NCBI RefSeq assembly: GCF_036971445.1
Contig: NC_091471.1
Span: forward strand, 250,232,001 to 250,296,000
Source of the DNA: Narcine bancroftii
Taxonomy: Eukaryota
Length of the DNA: 64,000 nt
Direction of reading: 5' to 3'
Positions 52,704 through 64,000 of the stretch are shown here, piece after piece; the first letter of the stretch is position 1; every line of letters starts with the position of its first letter. The notes under the pieces are model-generated. The model did no database searches, was not told where the DNA came from, and saw nothing but the letters and a program-made list of their open reading frames with translations. The position numbers were made by a program, and so were the translations under genes.

Positions 52704-55130
52704 TGAAAAGAGTAATCTGCCGTTGGCTCTGCCTGGGCTTTGAACGGCCCGTCGGGGGAGCCAAAAGTGGTTTTAGTTGAAATCCCGCTGTCTGCACCCC
52801 AAGATGGTGGCGCCTATTAATCAGTTGCAGCCCCTTGTGGCTGCAGACTCCAGGGAAGGAACGGACTGAAGCAGGGCACAGAGGATGGAAAAATCACCCG
52901 CCCCCCCCCCCCCCTGTCTGAGGAGGAGACGGCCTGCAGGGGACGGTGACCACGGCGGTGGACCAGTGATGGGGCTCTGTGGCTGAGGGACCAGGGTATG
53001 CGGCGGCTGCTGGCGACGCGAGGTGCAGAAGCTGTGGGCGGCTGGAGAGTGATGTCGCGAGTCTCGCGGACTGATGGAGGGGTACCAGGTGATGGAACTG
53101 GGATGCGAGGAGGTGCTGAGGGCCCGGCTCGCCAATGGTTTGGACTGGACTCTGTGTGGCTGTGGAAGAAATGGAGGTAAATGTACGGATACTCGGTGAC
53201 TCTGAGGGGACTCCCTTTTCCTTAACTCTAACTGTTTCTGACTGTAAGAGGTAATTCCTGCTGGTGGTGAATCTGTCCACCTTGCAGCAGGCAAAAAGGA
53301 ATTTCATGTAATATGACACTGTTTTATTATGATAATGCAAGCTGGGACGTCCCAGCTTGCTTGGCCATGGCACACGAACCATGGGTGTAAAGGGTGGAGC
53401 CAGTACTGCGCACACTGCACTCCACCTAAAAGCTCCTTTGCGCAGGTCCGAGGACATGTCCACGTCCTCCCCCTCAAAAGATGCTCACAAACTCAAGCTA
53501 TCATGCTGGAACATCAGAACCATGCTAGACAAGGCTGACACCCAACGACCTGAACGTCGGTCTGCCCTCTTCGCACATGAACTCCTCAGACTTGATATCG
53601 ACATAGCCGCTCTCAGTGAAGTCCGCCTTGCAGATGTAGGCAGCCTCCAAGAATGCGGCACGGGCTACACACTCTACTGGTCTGGCAAGCCTATGGATGA
53701 ACAACGCCTATCTGGTGTAGGCTTCATGGTCAAGAACTCCATTACCTCCAAACCCGAAAACCTCCCGACAGGCCACTCGGACCGGATCATGTCCATGCGA
53801 CTCCCCCTTCAAAACAAGCATCACACCACCCTCATCAGTGTCTATGCTCCGACCCTCCAGGCGGAACCAGAAGAAAAGGACAAGTTCTACACTGATCTGC
53901 GCAACCTCATTCAACGCACCCCTACAGCCAGCAAGGTTGTCATCCTTGGCGACTTCAACGCTCGCGTCCGCAAAGACTCAGAAACCTGGCCAGGAATCCT
54001 GGACAAGCATGGTGTCGGCAAGTGAAACGACAACGGGCACCTCCTGTTGGAGCTCTGCGCAGAACAGCGGCTTGTCATTACAAACACCCTTTTTCAGCAG
54101 AGGGACAGCCTGAAGACTACCTGGATGCATCCCCAATCCAAACACTGGCACCTCCTGGACTATGTCCTGGTGCCAGAAAGAGACAAACTAGATGTGCTCC
54201 ACACCAGGGTCATGGCCAGCGCGGAATGCCACACTGACCACCGGCTGGTTCGCTGCAAGCTCAACCTTCACTTCAAGCCAAAGTCCAGGAACAGTAAAGC
54301 CCCCAGAAAGAGGTTCAATGTTGGAAACTTGTAGTCAGACGAAGTGAGAGGAAACTTCCAAGGAATCTTCAAAGCAAAGCTCGAGGATGCAATCCGCCTC
54401 ATGGATTCGTCCCCTGAAACCCTCTGGGATCAGCTGAAGACTGCCATACTGCAATCCACTGAAGAGGTACTGGGCTTCTCCTCCAGGAAAAACAAGGACT
54501 GGTTTGACGAAAACAACCAGGAAATCCAGGAGCTGCTGGCAAAGAAGCGAGCTGCCACCAGGCTCACCTTGCAAAGCCGTCCTGGCCAGAGAAGAAACGA
54601 GCCTTCCGTCACGCATGGAGCCATCTTCAGCGCAAACTCCAGGAGATCCAAAATGAGTGGTGGACTAACCTCGCCAAACGAACCCAGCTCAGCGCGGACA
54701 TTGGCAACTTCGGGGGTTTTTACGAGGCTCTAAAGGCTGTGTACGGCCCCTCACCCCAAGTCCAAAGCCCGCTGCGCTGCTCAGACGGAAAAGTCCTCCT
54801 CAGCGACAAGATCTCCACCCTCAACCGATGGTCAGAACACTTCCAATCTCTTTTCAGTGCCAACCGCTCAGTCCAAGATTCCACCCTGCTCCAGCTCCCT
54901 CAACAGCCCCTAAGGCTAGAGCTGGATGAGGTCCTCACCCGGGAAGAAACATATAAGGCAATTGAACAACTGAAAAGTGGCAAAGCAGCAGGTATGGATG
55001 GAAACCCCCCCAGAGGTCTGGAAAGCTGGCGGCAAAACTCTGCATGCCAAACCATGAGTTTTTCAAGCTCTGCTGGGTCCAAGGAAAGCTGCCTCAGGAC
55101 CTTCATGATGCCATCAACATCACCCCGTAC

Positions 55131-57182
55131 GATGGGAGTCACGTGATGGAGTAGTGGCCGGACGGTGAACTCCAGCCCTCTCCAGAAAAGTCGGGAAAAA
55201 CAAGAGAAAACACAAAGGCACAGAAATAAAAGTTACAGAAAAGTGAGTATAAAGGTGGAAAGAAGATGGCGACAAAAAAAGAAAAGTCGAAAGCAACGGT
55301 AAGAAGAGAGGAAGAGAAGACAAAGGAGGAAAAAGGTGAAGGCCTTACCTGTCCGAAGAGGCCCGCTGCGGAGAGAGAAACCCGCTCCCTCAGGTCGGTA
55401 AATAATGGACTACAAAAATGGCTCGCAGAGCCGAACAAAAGTGCGCAACCGCGCATGCGCGAAACTTCGCGCATGCGCGATGCGAATGAAAAAAAACACA
55501 CCGACGGGAGGGGGGACCAGCTGGGGAGTCGATCTCCACAGCCGGCAACGACAGCTGCAGAACACCTGCAGCAAGAAGAGACCACAGAAGACAATAGAAA
55601 CAAGATAGAAGAGGAGGAAAGGGCAACAAAGAAACAACAGATGGTCAACCCAGAGGAAGAAGAAGAGGAAGAGTATGGTGAAATAGAAGAAGAAAAGAGA
55701 GGCAAGGTAAAGGATATACTTGCTCTTATTAGAGGATACATGGAATCATTTAAAGAATGGCAAACACAGGAATTTAAGGATTTAAGAAAAAGAATAAACA
55801 ACACAGAGGAGAAAATAATTAAAATGGAGATGACCTTAACAGAAATGGGAAAAAAAATGGACAAGATGGAAGAGCGGGCAGTAGCAGCAGAAATGGAGGT
55901 AGAAGACTTAAAAAAGAAATTGGAGAAATCTAATAAAAAAACTAAAGAGACACAAGAACTACTAGCTCAAAAAATAGATACAATGGAAAACCATAACAGA
56001 AGAAATAACATAAAGATAGTGGGCCTTAAGGAAGATGAAGAAGGCAAGAATATGAGGGAGTTTATAAAAGAGTGGATCCCTAAGACCCTAGGATGTCCAG
56101 AACTACAGCATGAAATGGAAATAGAAAGGGCACATAGAGTATTGGCCTCTAAACCACAACCACAACAAAAACCAAGATCTATTGTAGTAAAATTCCTAAG
56201 ATATACTACAAGAGAAAAGGTACTGGAGAAGACAATGGAAAAAGTAAAAGAGGGCAACAAACCACTGGAGTATAAAGGGCAAAAAATCTTCATTTATCCA
56301 GATATAAGTTTTGAACTCCTAAAGAAGAGAAAAGAGTTCAATACAGCAAAGGCGATTTTATGGAAGAAAGGGTATAAATTTATACTAAAGCATCCAGCGG
56401 TATTGAAAATATTTATTCCAGGACAGCAAAACAGACTATTCTCGGATCCAGAAGAAGCACGAAAATTTGCAGAACAATTACAAAAATAGACTGAGGGAGG
56501 AAGACGGGTAATGAGAGTTAAAATGATCACGACTGATATGTATGTGGGTAAAGACAAAAATAGACTGAGGGATGAAGACGGGTAATGAGAGTAAAAATGA
56601 TCACGATTGATATGTATGCAGGTAAAGAGGTATAAGAGTGAATAGAGACAATGAGCATACATGAATGTATCTGTACTTAGAGGAAAATATAGATAGTATA
56701 GACAAGAATTAATAAGGGAAGGTAATGGAATAGAGAGAATAAGGAGGGAATTAAAAGAGGGACCTTTGTGACATATGAAAAGTGAAATCTTTTCTGGGGG
56801 AGGCGGGGTGGGGGGAAATAGCGGTCACTGCACAATCAGTTGACGCTTGCGAGTGGATTCGCAAATCCAAATGGAGAGGGGAGATGTGGTTGTCCGACAA
56901 GGGATAAAGGACAACTCAGGAGGTGAAGGGGAGATTGGGGATAAATAAGATAGAAATAGGAGAATAAGGAAAATGTTAGATGTTGTAGGAATGTTGTCTT
57001 ATGAAGAGTTGAAAATAAGAAAACAGAAATGGAAAAGGAGGAAAGGTAATGATGGAAAAACGGAAAGAGAAGATAAACAAAATATAAAAGGGCTACGCTG
57101 AACTATATGTCTTTAAATATTAATGGAATACATAACCAAATTAAAAGGAAGAAACTACCAAAAAAAAAAAAAAAAAAAAAAA
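55131..57182 (+). mobile_element. ORF1-only L1 insertion with poly(A) tail and 15-bp TSD
   Basis: TSD AACATCACCCCGTAC at 55116-55130 and 57183-57197; poly(A) from 57160; only ~20 codons of ORF2 (TLNYMSLNINGIHNQIKRKKL) before the tail. Confidence 0.9.
55266..56489 (+). CDS. L1 ORF1p (coiled coil, RRM, CTD), uninterrupted 407 aa
   Basis: Coiled coil followed by RRNNIKIVGLKE, EIERAHR, PRSIVVKF, IFIYPDIS, KHPAVLKI. Confidence 0.88.
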   Translation: MATKKEKSKATVRREEEKTKEEKGEGLTCPKRPAAERETRSLRSVNNGLQKWLAEPNKSAQPRMRETSRMRDANEKKHTDGRGDQLGSRSPQPATTAAEHLQQEETTEDNRNKIEEEERATKKQQMVNPEEEEEEEYGEIEEEKRGKVKDILALIRGYMESFKEWQTQEFKDLRKRINNTEEKIIKMEMTLTEMGKKMDKMEERAVAAEMEVEDLKKKLEKSNKKTKETQELLAQKIDTMENHNRRNNIKIVGLKEDEEGKNMREFIKEWIPKTLGCPELQHEMEIERAHRVLASKPQPQQKPRSIVVKFLRYTTREKVLEKTMEKVKEGNKPLEYKGQKIFIYPDISFELLKKRKEFNTAKAILWKKGYKFILKHPAVLKIFIPGQQNRLFSDPEEARKFAEQLQK

Positions 57183-57855
57183 AACATCACCCCGTACAAA
57201 AACAAAGGCGAGAAATCAGACTGCTCAAGCTACAGGGGAATCACGCTGCTCTCCATTGCAGGCAAAATCTTCGCTAGGATTCTCCTAAATAGAATAATAC
57301 CTAGTGTCGCCGAAAATGTTCTCCCAGAATCACAGTGCGGCTTTCGCGCAGAGGAACTACTGACATGGTCTTTGCCCTCAGACAGCTCCAAGAAAAGTGC
57401 AGAGAACAAAACAAAGGACTCTACATCACCTTTGTTGACCTACGCAGACATTTGAAATGACTTCACGCTGCGTGCAAAAATCTGCCACTGTGGTCAACTG
57501 ATAAATGAGGGAGAACTCACTTCCTAGGGTATCATCTTCTGGTCTGGATGGATCCCAGGTTTACAATCTGTTGCATTAGTTGACCCCACCCAGGCCAAGG
57601 AAGCTAAAAATAACCTCTGCATCGTCTAGTCAGGAAAGGGAATAGAGACGGATGCCCAGGAAACCTGCCGGCTTTGTGAATGACGGCTGGCTGAGCTCGG
57701 GGTGGCAACGTGGTGCCCTGCAGTCAAGCAACCAACTAAAGTTCAGAGGTGAAGAACGGGCACGACCAGAATGCCGCTACTTTCAGCAGCGTCCCGTGGG
57801 CTGCAGGATGCCTCCCACATGCGCACCCAAAAACTGTCTGCGTGATTAAACTCAC

Positions 57856-57953
57856 GTATGGACGCCATCGTATTTTCTGGATTCGGCGATCAGCTTCTCG
57901 CCGTTCGGACTGATCACAGTGAAATCGACATCCAGGCCTGCGCCTCCAATCAC
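57856..57953 (-). CDS. TMED1: TMED1 exon 2 (GOLD domain), 98 nt
   Basis: tgcag|GTG..AC|gtgagt; [32 protein letters not shown](T); phase matches exon 3. Confidence 0.93.
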
Positions 57954-59129
57954 CTGCAGGGAAAGCATAAGCCCATTTCAGAGACACTCAATCCAGGGCT
58001 ACACACCCACGCCATCTGAATTTGGCAGCAAGCCAACACTACTCTTTAGTTTGTCCTCGAGGCAAGATTTAAGGTAAACAGGATTTAAAAGCTTAAACAA
58101 GACATTGTGCTGAAGGAAAGGCCATTTCCACTTAAAGCACAGCTGGGGCTGATGTTTTACTCCAGAAATAAGGCCATTCACTTCTAGAACGGGACAGCAC
58201 AGAGTAAGTGTTGCCTCTGCCATGGACTGGAATTATAATGGAAGGTGAGCATACCAAATCCGATTTACTGTGCCTCCCGTTAATTTTCTTTAAAACAAAA
58301 TAGAAATGTAAAACCTTTTTTTTTAAATGGCGACAGGCTAAATGGTGTTGGTGTGCATTAGAACTTCTTGTGCTTCCCACATTGCTAGAAAGGCCATCTT
58401 GCTGATCTGGAATGATGTTGTCCCTCCCACTCATACTCAGTGGGTGTCGGATGTGACGGCATGTCTGCCTCAAGAATAGAAATTAGGTTTCATTCTTTAT
58501 CTTTATGTTTAGATCTTGTTCCCACTTTTGTTTGGGTTTACAGCTTATTTCATTGTTCTCTTTTTCTTTGCTGGTTTGTGGGGTCCTCTGGACTCCGTAA
58601 CACCCTCCAGTGTCGCCTGTGGCCTGCAATGTGGAGTGGTGTTTAGGGCTGGTTCCAAAGGGGAAAGCGAGCCAGCTCACCCATGTGTCATGTTTTATAC
58701 TCAGAGGAAAACCAATTGGAATTTGTCTTTACCTGTGGTTGGTCTGACATTGATTTTCAAGGGGTGGTGACTTCCAGGTTGCAAGCACAAGGAAACTGAC
58801 CAGCTTCCTGTCCAAACCCTGTTTTACATTGTGATGCAGCAGATTGGTCCAAAACTCTCATTTAGAGTAATGATAAGTCACCTCATTGAAATTGACAAAA
58901 TTCTGCCTAGGCTCGACAGGTTAAGTGTGGAGCAGTTTCTCTTGTGGGGTTGGGGAGCGGGTGCCTAAATCCAAGGACACAGTCACAAAACAATGGATTG
59001 GGTATTCAGGACAAAGTTGGGGGAAAACACCTTCACCTTCGAGGGTAGCGAATCTTTGGAATTCTTGGCGCAAGAGGGATGCAGCGGCTCATTCGCTGTC
59101 GTCCCAAAGGAGAGATCAGACACTTTTGA

Positions 59130-59350
59130 GGCAGCTTGGTTAGCGGAATGCTGATACAGCGCCAGTGACCAGGGTTCAAATCTGGCACTGTCTGTCAGGA
59201 GTTGGTATTTTATCCCCATGCCTGTATGAGTTCTTTTCCCAGGTGCTCGGGTTTCCTCCCACCCTTCAAAATGTACCAGGGGTTGCAGGGGTGTTTGGGC
59301 GGCGTGGGCTTCCACTTAGCGTGCTGGATGTCTAAATTTAGTATTTTAAA
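59130..59350 (+). mobile_element. tRNA-derived SINE
   Basis: GGTTAGCG..GGGTTCAAATC pol III box-like motifs; GGTGCTCGGGTTTCCTCCCAC core; tail ATGTCTAAATTTA. Confidence 0.7.
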
Positions 59351-60444
59351 TTTTTTGATATTAAGGGAATTAGGTCAGTGCAGGAAAGTGGGTGCGATGT
59401 AAAAGATCGGCCGCAATCTTACTGAATGGTGCTGCAGATACAGCGGGGACATAGCTCATGTCCCCATTCAAACCCGGAGTCCACAAGCCTTCTGTGGTGA
59501 ATAAAGGGTAGAAGCCTCCGCCCACATTTTGTTTCCAATTCAATTGCGATCTGCCCAACACTTCCCCGCCCCCCCCCCCATCTTCCCCACAATTCCTCTG
59601 TGCACCAACCCATCATCCTTGAACATGCAGCTATTGACCAACTGCCCCTCTGGACAAAATCCCACAAATCTGCAATCTCCTGAACAACTACGTTCTTCCT
59701 CCTCTCAATCCCTTTAACTGAGGCAATGCTCCCTCGTTCCAAAGGCTCCATGGCTCAAGAAATTATTACCATCATTCCCTCCTAGAGTATTGGCTGTTTC
59801 AATAGGATCGCCAATACCCTGGACCCCACAATCGAACCTGGCACTGACTGGAAGGAGTTTATACGCTCCTCCCATCCTCCAAAGCCGTAATTGGTCATGC
59901 CAGTATATTTGTGTGGCACATACCATTTGGCATCTCTAAATGTAAAAAAAAATATAATCTTACTCAATCTCACCTTAATGATTAATATCAGGAATAAATC
60001 AACTGAACGAGCACGAGACCATCTGTAAGATAAAGTGGATGTGGAGAGCAAAACTGTGCTCAGTATTTGGTTAGTACAGATATGTTGGGCTGAATGACCT
60101 CCCTGTGCATTGTAAAGCTCTGTCTGGTCTTATCTGGTACATTAAGTGGCAGAAACTGAATGCCTGTTCCTACTGATTATTTTCTATACTGTCCATGGAA
60201 CAGGTGCAGATAAATGTTCTCTTTGCTGCTTTTGGAGCTTTCCCAGTTGTGAATTCTTTACTGTTAGAACCCAAACCTCCAGCCAATAGATCACCTGCCT
60301 CCTGTAATTGCTGCTCCCCATATTTCTGCATTTAAGGCAAAATACACAAATGCTTTCCACATCTGACTAATTAGGAGTGAAACAAGAAAGTCTGCATACC
60401 CTGTGATTGTAGTAAATACACAAAATTGCTGGAGGAACTCGGCA

Positions 60445-62360
60445 GGTTCAAGTTTATTAATGTAAAGTACAACTGGACGAAACAGCGGGATTTTTTTTGT
60501 CCTCAGTGTAAAAAGATGCCAACACGTATACAGACACGGCAGGCATATTTACAAATGTTGCTCATACGTAAAAATAAATAAATATTGTTAAATGTATAGT
60601 AGAGTCTCGAAAGGATTTGTACGGGCAACCCATCAGTCAATCAGTGTTCTCACTGCCCGTGAGAAGAAGCTGTACCTCGGCCTGGTGGTGCTGGCTCTGA
60701 TCTCCTGACGGGAGCAGCTGAAAGATGGATTGGTGATGGAGGTCCTTAAGGATTTTTCAAGCCCTTTTCAGACGACAATCCCAGTCGATCATGTCAGTGG
60801 AAGGGGTGGGGGGGACTGAGGGAGGAAGACACTATTGATCCTCTCTGCCGCCTTTATGGTCCTGTGGATTGACCTCCGATCCATTTCTCTGCAGCGACCG
60901 TACCACACTGTGATGCAGCCGGCCAGAACGCTCTCGATAGAGCTCCTGTAGAAGGTTGATATGATGGAGGCTGGTTACCTCGCCCGCTTCAGTCTTCTCA
61001 GCAAGTGCAGTCCCTGTTGTGCCTTCCCGACAAGCGAGGAGATGTGTTCCGGATAGGTCACTACTTAAGTGGACTCCAAGAAACTGGGTGCTCTCTACTC
61101 TAGAGTTGTTGATGTGTGGTGGAGGGTGGTCATTCCTAGACGTCCTGAAGTCCACGATCATCTCCTTTGTCTTGTCCACATTGAGACTCAGGCTGCTACT
61201 CTTGCACCATTTTACGAGATTTTCTCTGTAGTGCGACTCATTGTTGTGGTTGACGAGGTCACCTGTAAACTTGATTACTCTGCTGGAGCTGGGTAAGTCG
61301 CGTGAACAGGAGCGGGCTGAACACACAGCCATGAGATGCGCCGGTGCTTAGCGTGATGCAGCTCGCCATTCTGCTATTAACCCAGTCAAACTAGTCTTGC
61401 TGCTCGGAAGTCCAGGATCCAGTAACAGAGAGGGGTATTGAGTCCCACCGAGGACAGCCTCTCCACCAGCTTCTGTGGAACAAATGTATTAAATGCCAAG
61501 CTAAAGTCGATGAGCAGCATCCTGGCGTATGAGGCATTGTTCTCCAGGAGGGTCAGGATGGAGTGGAGGGACAAGGCTATGGCATCATCTGTCTGTAGGT
61601 GAACTGAAATGGATCCACCGTCTCGGGGATGTGTGCTTTGATGTGTTCCATCACCAGACACTCAAAGCATTTCATAATGAGGTCAGTGTCACAGGGTGGT
61701 CGTCATTGAGGCCCGTTATTGTCGCAATCTTTGGTACTGGTGGCTGTCTTGAAACCCAATGGGATGATGGACTACTGCAGTGATGTATTGAGGAAGTCCG
61801 CAAAGGACTCCCATCAGTTGTGAGCTCAGCCTTTCAGTATGTTGTCTGGTCCTGCTGCCTTGAGCGGGTTTACCTTGGATAGGATTCTCCTCACCTCAGC
61901 CATAGTTAGGCAGGGGATCCATTCATTGGGGGTACATGGTCAGCCATTCTTCTTGAACCATGGTTTCTGGTTAGCCCTGGTTGTAAAGCATTTGATCTTG
62001 ATGACATCCTCAGAGCACCTGCTGATATACTCCTCGATGTTTACGTGACCGTTGCAGGTGGCCACCTCCCTGAAACAGCTCCATTCTGTGGTCTCAAAGC
62101 AGTCCTGCAGCAACCCCCACCCCCCCTAACCTCCTGATCTCCTTACAAACTGACTTTGTTAATTTTCTAGTGGGCCTGTATGCTGGGGTTAGCAGGATTG
62201 ATATGTGATCGGAGTATCCAAGTTGGGGGGCAAGGGACAGAGATGCCTCCCCCCCCAAATCTAGGGCACTCTCTTCTCTGGTGGCGAAGCTGACGTGCTG
62301 TTGGAAGCTGTGCTTTCTGGTTGTTAGCAGGTCCCCAGCGTCCAAAAGAGGGAACCAATG
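60445..62360 (-). mobile_element. Rex1/Babar-like LINE fragment, degenerate
   Basis: [61 protein letters not shown]. Confidence 0.8.
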
Positions 62361-63094
62361 TGACACATTTGTATGGCTATGTATAACTAACCACGTTATA
62401 CATTTGCCTCCTCTGGAGGCTGTGGGACTTGTTGAGTTTCTTCAGCACTTTTGAGTATTTAGTTCAAATTAGAGAGCGTGGAATATTTGGCTCCATTTAA
62501 CAAGTACCTTGTTGAGGTGACGTTTAAAAGTTACGTTTTCTATACCTACGTAGATTCAGTAACATTTCACCACCACTGCCACCCCATCCACCATTCTACC
62601 CCACCTTAAAACTCTTTCAATGCACCTTGAGCAAGTGTCACAGACCTCTGGAAGGAAAAACTTTACCTCATCTCTGTCTTAAAACTGTCAAACCTCTCAC
62701 TTTTAAACAGTGACTTCTTTGAGATTATGACAATAGACCAGATAATGGGAAATAAAAACTGTAGATGAGGTGTGTTTACATTTTGATAAGGACACACACA
62801 CACACAATGTATGTCAACAAGTTAGAACATACTGAAGTGGAAGTCAAGACCTGAAACGGAGCCATAGCCGGTTGTCAGGCAGAAAGAAATCAATGGGAAT
62901 GAACACAACTTCTCAGGCGACAACTGATTGGATAGAGTAGGTCCCAGTGCATGAAACACAGGTATTCACAACTTAATTAAGGGGACCCAGTTCCATGCTT
63001 TCATGCTTGCTGTTGATACTTAATTGGTTGGGATTGTGAGAAGGGAGGTGGATGTAAGGAGTGGGCAGAACCATGGCAACTAAAATGTGTGACA

Positions 63095-64000
63095 GCCAGA
63101 ATACAGGAATCATTCCACAGTGGTCAGTATTGGGACCGCTTCATTTTATGTTGTATGTTAATAATTTGGTTGATGGAATAAATGGCTTTGTAGTCAAGTT
63201 GGCAGACGATATGAAGGTAGGTGGAGGAGCAGGTTGAGGAAACACAGAGGTTGCAGAAGGACTTAGATAAGGAGAATGGGTAGAGAGGTTGCAAATGAAA
63301 TACAATGTTGGAAAGTGTACAGACATGCACTTTCATAGAAAAAATATAAATAGGCAAACTTTTTTTTAAATGGGGAGAAAATTGAAAATACCCAGATGCA
63401 AAGGGACCTGGGAGTCCTCCTGCAGAATCGCCTGAAGGCAAACTTGCAGGTTGAGGCAGTGGTGAAGAAGCCGAATACAATGCTGGGATTTATTTCAAGA
63501 GGAACAGAATTCAAGATAAGGGATGTGATGCTTCATAAGGCCCTGGTGAGATCTCACAGAGTATTGCAAGCAGTTTTGGGCTCCTCATTTAAGAAAGGAT
63601 GTACTGACATTGGACACGGTTCACAGTAGGTTCACAAGGATGATTTCAGGAATTACAGTTCTTGGCATTTGACAGCTCTTGGCCTGTACTCGCTGGAATT
63701 TAGGAGAATGAGGGGGATCTCAATGAAACATTTTGATTGTTCAAAGAGTAGATGTAGAAAGGTTGTTCCCCATGGTGGGAGCATCTAGGACAAGAGGGCA
63801 CAACTTCAGGATCGAAGGGCGTCGGCTTAGAACAGAGACATAGAGAAATTTCTTCAGCTTGAGGATAGTAAATTGGTAGAATTTGTTGCAGGTGTGGCGG
63901 CCAAGTCATTGGGTGTATTTAAGGCAGAGATTGATAGGTTCTTGATCAGCCTGGTTATGGGGAATGAGTGGGGCTGAGTGGGAAAATGGATCATGATTAA
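63095..64000 (+). mobile_element. CR1 LINE fragment (RT end to 3' UTR)
   Basis: KLADDMKVGG, QRDLGVL, KALVRSH motifs; 3' UTR GTGGGGCTGAG..ATGGATCA. Confidence 0.85.

Larger units (their letters stand above)
53335..57450 (+). mobile_element. RTE (BovB-like) LINE, APE endonuclease to start of RT, degenerate, split by an L1 insertion
   Basis: LSCWNIRTMLD..PERRSAL..DIDIAALSEVRL..YTLYWSG..ISVYAPT..ILGDFNAR; resumes after 57197 as KNKGEKSDCSSYRGITLLSIAGKIFAR. Confidence 0.9.

Noticed and set aside
55139-55864. 241-aa minus-strand ORF
   Set aside because: Antisense shadow of the purine-rich L1 ORF1
57954-64000. TMED1 exon 1 / promoter
   Set aside because: No signal-peptide or FTFLLPAG-like exon or CpG island found; probably beyond the window

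Overview
Vertebrate genomic DNA, probably a cartilaginous fish (inferred from the CR1/Penelope/Rex/V-SINE repeat content). It holds the 3' three quarters of dynamin-2 (DNM2, + strand, exons 6-21 in human-like numbering), including mutually exclusive exons 10a/10b, the 12-nt GEIL microexon, a GC-AG intron, a NAGNAG last exon and a candidate second terminal exon. The convergent gene TMED1 lies on the - strand (exons 2-4; exon 1 not found in the window). The introns are filled with L1, CR1, Rex/Babar-like, RTE, Penelope-like, Gypsy, hAT, Tc1/mariner and Chapaev3 relics, plus two homogeneous GC-rich minisatellites (20-bp x ~216 and 23-bp x ~66). The main observations are a DNM3-like alternative last exon in DNM2, intronic RNA stems around the 10a/10b cassette, an intact ORF1-only L1 with poly(A) and a 15-bp TSD, Penelope-associated minimal hammerhead-like motifs, and the apparent absence of miR-199 from its usual dynamin intron. 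Everything was read by eye, so TE boundaries are approximate unless a TSD or TIR is given.
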